Part shown: in pieces, positions 30,022 through 38,292 of the stretch | How the letters are laid out: every line of letters begins with the position of its first letter | Numbering within the stretch: position 1 is the first letter of the stretch | Assembly: GCA_025594325.1 (NCBI GenBank) | Contig: JANHCV010000013.1 | Coordinates: forward strand, 434,001 to 498,000 | DNA from: Blastocladiella emersonii ATCC 22665 | Lineage: Eukaryota; Fungi; Blastocladiomycota | DNA: 64,000 nucleotides | Reading direction: 5' to 3' | Position numbers and translations under genes: made by a program | The notes under the pieces: generated by a model | The model's input: only the letters and a program-made list of their open reading frames with translations | Databases searched by the model: none | Told to the model about the DNA's origin: nothing

Positions 30022-33000
30022 ATGGTCTGCAATCAGGTTCCCAGTAAACATGGCACCGCCTTTGGTCTCAAGTGGTTCCATGGCAAGGATGGTGGCGACA
30101 GCGACATGGGCCCTCAGCGCACGCTCTTGTCCGAGCTGCAAGACAACGAGACAGTCATCAAGCGCCTCGTTGACAAGGGCGTCGACAACCACAGCCAACC
30201 CAAGGCGGCGCACTACTTTGCCAAGGTCAAGACAGCTGACCTGGCCGGGCTCCTTGACAAGAACTGCTGCATCCAGGAGATGGTCCACCCCAATCGCCTG
30301 TCCAAGGTCTACTTTGACATTGACTGCCCAGGCAACCGCAAGGACGTGACCCTGGACGTCATCAAGAAGGTCATCCTGACCCAGGTCCCCAGCGCCAACC
30401 TCCAGGTCTGCAGCTACGAGACGGACCTCAAAAAGTCATGGCACATTGTCCTCAGCAACTACACGGCCACGCTCAAGGACATGCCGTTCCTGAAGCTGTT
30501 CTGCAGCCACCCCGACCATGTCAAGCTTGGCTTTGACTCCAGCGTGTACAGCAAGCACCGCTTCATGAAGTGCATCAACCAGTCCAAGCCCAAGAAGACG
30601 CCCAGCGTGTGGATCTCGGGTAACAAGGACCGCCTGTCCAAGCACTTGATCCAGTGCGACTTTGACCCCAACTGCGCGTCGGTCTTGGACCTGTCCTTTG
30701 AAGAGGTTGTGACTGCCAAGGCCAAGGAAGCGCGGACCAAGCGCCACGTGGGTCGCCTTGACTACGACCTTGACATCCCCGAGTTCAAGGACGTGCAGAT
30801 CGACCCCGACTTCTTGTACTACGACGCCACGCCACTCGAGATCCTCCACAACATCCCCATCAGCCCCGAGAACGCGTTCCACAACAACGTGACCTGGCGG
30901 ATCATGACATGGGCCATGCGCAAAGGGGTCACATTTGACCAGTTCTGGGCGTGGACGTCGCAGCAGGACAACTCGGCTCAGCGCATGCAAAAGTACTGGG
31001 GCCGATGGAACGAGATTGCCAGCAACGACAACTACCAGGTGCTGGACACGTTTGTCAAGGCCATCTTCTACAAGTGGTTCCCAGCCGCGTTCAAGTCCAA
31101 GGCCATGGCCAAGTTTGAGCAGTCGCTTGAGGTACCGGTGGACGTGACCAGCCCCAACCAGTTCCTGTCCTGCAACAACATTACCCTGGCCAAGTTCAAC
31201 GTGCTGGCCACGGGCATGGGCTCCAACAAGATGGGCGCTGTTTGCGACTACATTGCCAAGTACCCAGACGCGCAAGTGGTCTGGATCACACCTCGCATCA
31301 CCCTGGCCCACAACACCGAGGGTCGAGCCTGCGAACAGAAGCTTGGCTTTGTCAACTACTGCAGCATCAAGGACAAGAAGACACTGGGGGATCACAAGCG
31401 ACTCATTGTCTCGCCGTGCTCGCTGCACTACTTGACCAAGCCCTACAACATTGTTGTGGTGGACAAGTCTGAGACGGTCCTCAAGATGTTCCAGGACGCC
31501 AAGTTGCACACAACCACCATTCGCAACAACCTCGAGGCCAACCTCAAGGCCTTCAAGACGCTGTGCGAGCACAAGGGCAGCAATGGTATCTTCATGGACG
31601 CGTTTGTCACAAACCTGACCATGGACGTCCTCCGCTCCTTTACTGTCGAGCACAACATCAAGACCATACTCCATGGTAAGATCAAGGTGATCACAAACAC
31701 GCTCGGCAAGAATTTTGAGCCGCACAAGATGAGCCTCATCACCGACGACAAGGACAACGAGAAGTCCGCCGAAGACATCATGGAGAGCAACATCATTGCC
31801 GACCTCAAGGCCAACAAGAAGCTCTACCTCTTCCTCCCACGACCATGCAAGACGTCAACCAAGTGGTCGGTGCAGACCTTTGGCGAGTACCTCGAGCGGG
31901 TCTTTGCCAAGGAGACGTGGAAGATTGGCAAGCAGATCAAGCTCTACCACGGCGACCGCCCCAACCACGAGGACAAGGAACTCATTGACCCTGACTCTGT
32001 GTGGGGCGACAATACGGTCCGTATAGTCATCGCCAACCTCAAGATCACTGTGGGGGTCAACTTTTTGAAGCCATACGTCTTCCACAAGGTGTACGCGCGC
32101 TACAAGTCCTGGGTCCCTGCCCGCGACTTCTTCCAGGCAATCTACCGCGTGCGCTACCCCATTGACAACGAGATCGTGTTCATGATCAGCCATGGTTGCC
32201 GCGGCGCGTACATGAACAAGTTACAGGTCATTGACTTGGACTCGGTCGGCAAACTTCACCGGGCTATTGTCAAGAACACGGATCTCGAGAACGAGATGGC
32301 CGCTGTGACCTTCTGCCTCAAGGTCTTTGACGCCTTCCGCAAGGTCATCAACATTGTCATGGACAACTCCCCCAAGTACTACTACAAGGCGCACCCCGAG
32401 ATTAAGGATGTCATGACGTTGGGCTGGTCTTTTGAATGGGCAAACGTCCAGCTACCGTCCAAGGAGATCATGCGCGCCTACTGCAAAGGTACCATCAAGG
32501 ACCCGGACTGGACCATCTCCCTCTCCGTCCGCAAGGCCTTCTTCATCCGCAAGTTCAATGGTCTGAGCATGGACAACATGAAGATCATCTGGGACGACAA
32601 CGCGGAGAGCTTCATGGAGCGTATCCAGCACTTTTACACCAAGGACAAGGGCCACGTCCTGCAAAAGCTCCTGGAACACAACGACATGGACCTCCGCACG
32701 TCCAAGGAGTTCAACATCCAGGCCACCATCCCCGCCAAGTTTGAAGCAGACATCCACAAGTACTTCAAGAAGCTTGGGTATTACAAGTGTGACACAGCAA
32801 CAGTCCTAAACAGGCTTCTCAGCACTTACTTTAACAAGTGCCTTGCTGTGCCAGACAAGGACGAACCCCGGGTCTCAGTACGCGGCAAGAAGTACAGTAA
32901 CCTGAAGTGGACAGACAACATTCTGTACTTTGTCATGTACGAGACCTGGACCCCACCCCCGGCCAATCTGGCCCCGTTTGTCCTGGAGATGGACGAGGAC

Positions 33001-33033
33001 GAGGACAACAACGAGGACAACAACGAGCTCTAA
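30022..33033 (+). CDS. AEP primase(-polymerase) fused to a herpes UL9/origin-binding-protein-like SF2 helicase (about 1003 aa)
   Basis: AEP motifs YFDID, SWHIV and DSSVYSKHRFMKCINQSK. Helicase motifs TGMGSNKM, VVWITPRITL, VVVDKSE, FMDAF, LYHGD, ITVGVNF and FQAIYRVR. Likely start MVCNQ at 30022; the last codons lie inside the right TIR. Confidence 0.85.
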   Translation: MVCNQVPSKHGTAFGLKWFHGKDGGDSDMGPQRTLLSELQDNETVIKRLVDKGVDNHSQPKAAHYFAKVKTADLAGLLDKNCCIQEMVHPNRLSKVYFDIDCPGNRKDVTLDVIKKVILTQVPSANLQVCSYETDLKKSWHIVLSNYTATLKDMPFLKLFCSHPDHVKLGFDSSVYSKHRFMKCINQSKPKKTPSVWISGNKDRLSKHLIQCDFDPNCASVLDLSFEEVVTAKAKEARTKRHVGRLDYDLDIPEFKDVQIDPDFLYYDATPLEILHNIPISPENAFHNNVTWRIMTWAMRKGVTFDQFWAWTSQQDNSAQRMQKYWGRWNEIASNDNYQVLDTFVKAIFYKWFPAAFKSKAMAKFEQSLEVPVDVTSPNQFLSCNNITLAKFNVLATGMGSNKMGAVCDYIAKYPDAQVVWITPRITLAHNTEGRACEQKLGFVNYCSIKDKKTLGDHKRLIVSPCSLHYLTKPYNIVVVDKSETVLKMFQDAKLHTTTIRNNLEANLKAFKTLCEHKGSNGIFMDAFVTNLTMDVLRSFTVEHNIKTILHGKIKVITNTLGKNFEPHKMSLITDDKDNEKSAEDIMESNIIADLKANKKLYLFLPRPCKTSTKWSVQTFGEYLERVFAKETWKIGKQIKLYHGDRPNHEDKELIDPDSVWGDNTVRIVIANLKITVGVNFLKPYVFHKVYARYKSWVPARDFFQAIYRVRYPIDNEIVFMISHGCRGAYMNKLQVIDLDSVGKLHRAIVKNTDLENEMAAVTFCLKVFDAFRKVINIVMDNSPKYYYKAHPEIKDVMTLGWSFEWANVQLPSKEIMRAYCKGTIKDPDWTISLSVRKAFFIRKFNGLSMDNMKIIWDDNAESFMERIQHFYTKDKGHVLQKLLEHNDMDLRTSKEFNIQATIPAKFEADIHKYFKKLGYYKCDTATVLNRLLSTYFNKCLAVPDKDEPRVSVRGKKYSNLKWTDNILYFVMYETWTPPPANLAPFVLEMDEDEDNNEDNNEL

Positions 33034-33740
33034 GACACTCCACGACCTGCCACGCTGCCTTCCTGCCTGCTAAGACGCTGCCTGCTAAGACGCTCCCTTG
33101 CCCTGACCCCTGTCCTGCCCAATACATTGATGCTGCTAAGACGCTCCCTTGTCCTCAACCTTCCCCCCCCCCTGTACCCTGACCTCTTGTCTTTGAAAGT
33201 TCCACTTTCATGGCAAAAAAGGGTAGTGTATATATATACTCTGTCGTAATATGCCATGAAAGTGGAACCTTTACGGTGAGTGGCTTCATAGCAGCCGCTT
33301 GCGGCAGGTGGTCGGGGATGGGCTTGGGGGTCAGGTCAGGGACCAGACCATGGAACTCTGTCAGTGGGTAGCCGCAGCTGCGCTGCTCTTCGTCTCGCTG
33401 CGCTTGCCAGCTGCCGCCGACCGCTCGGGGTAAGCAATGGTCAGCCCGAGCGGTTGGTCAGGGACGGGCTCAGGGATCTGCTCTTGGACTTGTCTCACAG
33501 ATTGACTCGCAGCCGTGCCCATGCGCCATTCATCTGCACGTGATCCACGTGACCCACCCGCCACCCGCCCCCGTGCCGTATCCCTGGGGCATTTGGCAAA
33601 TCTCAATATATTACTCGGGGTAACGCATTGCCGATCACGTGGTTAGCCCGAGTGACTGCCGCCGACCGCTCGGGGTAAGCAATTGGTCAGCCTGGGTGGT
33701 GGTGGGTCAGCCCATGCCGTATCCCTTAAGGGATACGGCA
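33015..33740 (-). repeat. Right terminal inverted repeat (726 bp), with terminal palindrome at 33715-33740
   Basis: Reverse complement of 15071-15796 with 3 mismatches. Confidence 0.97.
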
Positions 33741-33745
33741 AGCTG
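33741..33745 (+). other. Right target-site duplication AGCTG
   Basis: Matches 15066-15070. Confidence 0.92.
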
Positions 33746-34702
33746 CCGCAGCTGCCGATTGAGATCGTCGAGGAGATCATCGTGGCGGCCTTCTGGGCCG
33801 ACCTCTTGACGCCGATGCCGTGGCGGTATACGCGCGTTTGCGCCAGGCTGCGCACGGCTGCGACGAACCGTCCTGAAGCACTCGCCGTCGCTCCAACTAT
33901 GCGGACGGGCAACCTGCCGCTGCTGCGCGAGCTCGTATGGCACCGCGACCGCGACGTCCTCCGCTACTCGCCAAAGACAATAAGCGTGATCTCGGGCGAG
34001 GGCCGCGTCGACGTGCTCGACTGGTGGCTGCGCGGGTCGGGGCTTAGTCACCACCATGAGCTCAACGCGCTTGAAGCGGCGAGCTGCGCGGGCAAGGTTG
34101 CTGTACTGCAGTGGTGGCTCGACTCGGGGCCCAAATTCGAGTGAGGCAAGGAAGCCGTCGATCTCGCCGCGAAAGCGGGCCACGTCGCTGTGCTCGAATG
34201 GTGGCGCCGCTCGGGGCTCAGGTTCAAGTACTCGCACCTTGCCTTGGCTGGGGCCGCCGTGTGGGGACGCAATGCTGTGTTCCAGTGGTTCACTCGCTTG
34301 GGACTCAAGCTCAAGTCTGATCTCGTCGGTCACTTTGCGACCCAGTCGAAGCGCGTCGATGCACTCAGATAGTGCAGGGCCAAGAACATCGAGCTTTCAC
34401 CTGAGTTGATGTCGCTGGAGCAAGCGTGCAGCAATGGTGACCTTGTTGTTCTCGAATTTTGGTTCCGCGAGTTCCCCAGCAAGATGCGCGCCATGAACTG
34501 GTCTGCCGCCCACACCGCGGCCGCATGGCACAAAGGGAGACCGGCCCAAGGCCAAAAACCCTCCAACCCGGCTGCCCCAAATCTCGACCCACCTGGCGGT
34601 AGCGGAGCGTGTGAGCGTGCTCCGCAGCTCAGCGCATGTCGCCGCACACCCTCTGGGAGCGGTTCGTGTGCTCTGGAAACGACGCGTCGATCTATCATGT
34701 GA
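33746..34702 (+). pseudogene. Remainder of the interrupted host F-box-like plus ankyrin-like repeat gene
   Basis: PQLPIEIVEEII, then repeats GRVDVLDWWL.GSGL, GKVAVLQWWLDSG, GHVAVLEWWRRSGL and GDLVVLEFW. Track ORFs 33683, 34190 and 34406 share one frame, separated by stops at 34142 and 34370. Confidence 0.85.
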
Positions 34703-34835
34703 TGTCCGCGTGCCGCGGGTCAGCCCCGAAGGTCGCCGTCGTCAAGTCCCCCTGCCGTCGTCATCGCGACGTCCGCCGCCACTCCCCGCGCACTCCCCTC
34801 ACCTCTCATTTAATACCACGTAAACTTCATGCAAT

Positions 34836-36515
34836 ATGCTCAGGGCTATCCATGTACCTGAAGTCCTCGAGCGGATTCTTGTTTATGCGATCGAACAACA
34901 CGACGACCCAGAGGACACGGCGGGGCTGCTCGAGTACGCTCGTGTGCTGCCGCGAGCGCTCGCCCCGCGTATCGATGTCGCACTTCTCGAAACTGCTTCA
35001 AACCTCTCGGTTGACGGCGCGACCGGGCGCGGTAACGTACTGGCTCTCAGAAAGCGGGCCGAGCTTAGGCTCAAGCTCACCAGCTGCTCCATTGACGCGC
35101 TTGAAGCCGCCATCCGAGGAAATCATCTCGAAACACTCGAGTGGTGGCGTGCCTCTGGATTACTTGATGTCAGCGACGTCAAAGATTACCTAGACTTGTG
35201 CGACTACTACTCGTCAAGCCCATACGCTGCGCTCGGAATCCCATACGACGAAGAACTCTTTCATCAGAACTCGTACCGCAGCGAATTTATCATCGGCGAC
35301 CCGCCCCAGCTGCTTGCCGTGGACCGAGGCATCTACGATTTGTACCTCGACATCGCTCTAGGCAACATTGCGGACCTCATCATTCAGTCGCAACCAATCT
35401 CAATGGCCGGCATCAGCTTACTCAACGCCGCCATGGCGAATCCGCGGCAAGCGCTCGAGCTGGTTGCCGTGAACGAGTCTACCGTCGACCTGACACGTTT
35501 CCTTGCCCTGCGCTTTCCGCAGTCGGTGCGCACGGTCCAATACATGGGCGACTGGCTTGGCTGCTTGCTGACGTCCGCACCGACTCAACTTGCACCAGTA
35601 CGATGGCCGTCGGGCCTTGAGTCGCTGATCCTTCGTGCAAGGGGACTTTCGGTAGCGGCTCCTTACCTCTTGCTTGAACTCCCCATGACCCTCCGATCCC
35701 TCATGGTTTCGGATAGCATGCTGGACGAGCAAGTCCTTTTCAAGATTGCACAAGTGCTTCCCCCCTTCCTCAAGGAGCTCAAGCTCAGTTCGTGTAAGTT
35801 GACTGTCGATGGATTCCTGACGATTATTCCTCGCCTTCCCGCCACGCTTGAGAAATTGTCAATCTGGCAGCTGCAAAGCAGCGTGCAATTCGGCGTCCAG
35901 TCAGTAACTGACCTGCTTGACAAGCGACCCGCCGTGCTCCCCCTGCTCCTCACCGCCCTTGATCTTTCGGGCAAAGAGTTGACGTCACGGTTGATTCGAG
36001 TCCTGGGCCCTTCCCTTCGCTACCCACTCAAGACCCTCGCTCTGCGCTTCAAGAACGCCGAGAACAGTGCAATCGCCGAGCTCGCCAATGTGTTCCCTCC
36101 GAACCTCAAAGCATTCGTGACCCGCGGCTGCAAAATATCACACGCAGCGATCATGCGACTGATTCCGTGCCTCCCTCGTACACTTACCAAGCTCGACCTT
36201 AATGATTCCGAGCTTGAGTTGGCAGGCGCCGCGCTTCTTGCACATCGCATCCCGCCCCGACTCGCGGAACTGTACCTGCGTTCGACGAAGCTTGACGACG
36301 CGGCTGTCGCCGTCCTTGCTCCTGTGCTCCCGCAGATGTTGATCAGGTTGAACTTGGCAATGAACTCGATCACTGACGTTGGCGCGGATATTCTTGCCAA
36401 TCATTTACCGCCTGGTCTTGCCGCACTTTCGATGGGATGCAATGAATTATCAGATGTCGCAGAGTCGAAACTCGTCACCGCTGCTCCGCTGATTTCAAAC
36501 GTCCATTACGTGTGA
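34836..36515 (+). CDS. F-box-like, ankyrin-like and RNI-type leucine-rich-repeat protein (559 aa)
   Basis: VPEVLERIL, NHLETLEWWRASGL, and LRRs LKELKLSSCKL, LTALDLSGKEL, LTKLDLNDSEL and LIRLNLAMNSITDVGA. Confidence 0.85.
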   Translation: MLRAIHVPEVLERILVYAIEQHDDPEDTAGLLEYARVLPRALAPRIDVALLETASNLSVDGATGRGNVLALRKRAELRLKLTSCSIDALEAAIRGNHLETLEWWRASGLLDVSDVKDYLDLCDYYSSSPYAALGIPYDEELFHQNSYRSEFIIGDPPQLLAVDRGIYDLYLDIALGNIADLIIQSQPISMAGISLLNAAMANPRQALELVAVNESTVDLTRFLALRFPQSVRTVQYMGDWLGCLLTSAPTQLAPVRWPSGLESLILRARGLSVAAPYLLLELPMTLRSLMVSDSMLDEQVLFKIAQVLPPFLKELKLSSCKLTVDGFLTIIPRLPATLEKLSIWQLQSSVQFGVQSVTDLLDKRPAVLPLLLTALDLSGKELTSRLIRVLGPSLRYPLKTLALRFKNAENSAIAELANVFPPNLKAFVTRGCKISHAAIMRLIPCLPRTLTKLDLNDSELELAGAALLAHRIPPRLAELYLRSTKLDDAAVAVLAPVLPQMLIRLNLAMNSITDVGADILANHLPPGLAALSMGCNELSDVAESKLVTAAPLISNVHYV

Positions 36516-38292
36516 CAGCAGCTATTTTTCAAATCGAACCCAAATGTTACTTCGGTCTTTGCCCGAAAAAATAGCTAGTCCCTGTCTAACACCGATAGTG
36601 TTACGCTCGCTGAATGGAATCCGCGCTCATTCGGCTAGCAGCCCACGGTCAGTAGGCTCGAAGTCACACGTGAACTACGATCCAGTTCGCGGCACGGCAC
36701 TTGCACCCGCAACCGTGTGACGCGTAGAGCGAACATGTGCGATACGCGAGGTCATGGAGAAACATGGCCCCTTCACGCCCCTCGTACGACGGTCGAGGCC
36801 CTTGAGTGCATTGGAAACGTCCATCAAAAATCCTTCTCGTCCCGCACTGCCGCGGAAGCGCGAGCACAAACTTGCGCGAGATCAGGTCGACTATGGCCAC
36901 TCCGCGATGGATATGGCCACGACGACCTCAACGACGGACGGTCGTTACGTCATGTGGTTTCGCGCTCGTTCTACAATTGAATCTTAGCCAGAATGCGATG
37001 CAGTTTCCATTCCGCGCGATCCGGGGCCGAATGCCCACCGTCGAGTGACGCACGAGCGCTCGCGAGCCGCTCGCGAGTTACACGAGCCACGCCATCCGCA
37101 TGATGACGTACAAGACTCGTTGAGCACACGACTTGCCGCCGTTTGAACGACAGCGCTCAGCACGGCGCAAGCGCCCTACTTAGCGTGGTATTTCACCCTC
37201 GATTGAAAACATAACGCAAAGCGGTTAGGTGGCTCGAGTATAATATAACCAGACGCTGACTGCTGTCAAGTTCGTGGAAAATGACAGGCGCGTTCCGCGT
37301 GTGGTGTGGCGCATCGCGTCGCTGCGAGACACACGTGATATCGCGACGCGTCTCCCGCGTCTCCCGCGTCTCTTCCTGCCACGCGTGCTGGCTGACTTCA
37401 CAAACCGGGTCGGAAATGGCCCAAAGAGTAAAACTAAATGATCAGAACGAGTTTATTTGAATCCGGGGAGCGTGCCGCTGGTGCGCTCGGGGAGGGACTG
37501 ACATGCGTCAGCCCGAGAGTGATGTGTTGGATATGCTCCCAAGCTAATCGACAAAAGTCGATCCAGGATACCCAACTCACTGCGTCCCGGACTGCGGTCT
37601 CGACCCAACCCTTACACACCAGCGCCCCACAACTTCTTGCTTGCAGACCCAGGCTAAACCACCGCCGACACGTTGCTCACATGAATGGTTCCACACGCAC
37701 GACGTGCTTATCCTGCCGCTTCGACATCGCGACTACATGTGATGTGAATGCATCGAGAAGCAACGCCATCGCATCCCACATTCTGCTTGTCCGCTGCTGT
37801 CGCTGCGGTGTGGGCGTCGAAGCGATGTCTTTTTGCAGGGGTCCCCTTGCAATTGCTACGATTCTCCGGGTAGCAGCTGTTCCAGACACGCGAGATGCTC
37901 GACGACGCGAAGGAATCGCTGTACGCACGCCCACTCGCGTAATGAGAAGAGACGCCTTTGCACGGCGAGAGTGAACTGCGTGACGCGAACTTGAGCCCTC
38001 GACCGGAGACCCACCGCAAATTGTTCAGGTGCTTCAATTGCGAAAATACCGACGATGAAGAGCGTTCATGAGGAGCTTCTGTATGCGCTGGAGCAACCCA
38101 GTCAACCCACGCGTCGATCAAACACGTGTTAAGCGCGAAACATGAGACACGCACGCGTCGCTGCGGCCGTTTGAGCCGCAGCATACCTCGCTCACCGCTC
38201 CCTAACAAAACCACTCCCAAGACCCCCGATCGAGCTGTGCAAAATACATTATCAGATTATTCCTCGTTCGTTCCTACAGTACACCCGCCATT

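Larger units (their letters stand above)
15071..33740. mobile_element. Endogenous Polinton-like virus (PLV/virophage-like), 18,670 bp, apparently complete
   Basis: 726-bp TIRs, TG…CA termini, 5-bp TSD, MCP, penton, packaging ATPase, rve integrase, tyrosine recombinase, primase-helicase and fibre; compact genes with no introns seen in the core viral ORFs. Confidence 0.95.

Noticed and set aside
15082-33729. piggyBac-like insertion at TTAA
   Set aside because: The TTAA lies at the centre of the terminal palindromes. Using it as the TSD leaves 31 extra bp that break the host frame and does not explain the AGCTG duplication.
15071-33740. Classical Polinton/Maverick or LTR retrotransposon
   Set aside because: No protein-primed PolB, reverse transcriptase or gag seen; the repeats are inverted, and capsid genes are present.
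15065-33745. 6-bp TSD AAGCTG
   Set aside because: Formally possible, but it takes the terminal A from the right TIR and breaks the symmetric TG…CA ends. A 5-bp TSD is preferred; sister insertions would settle it.
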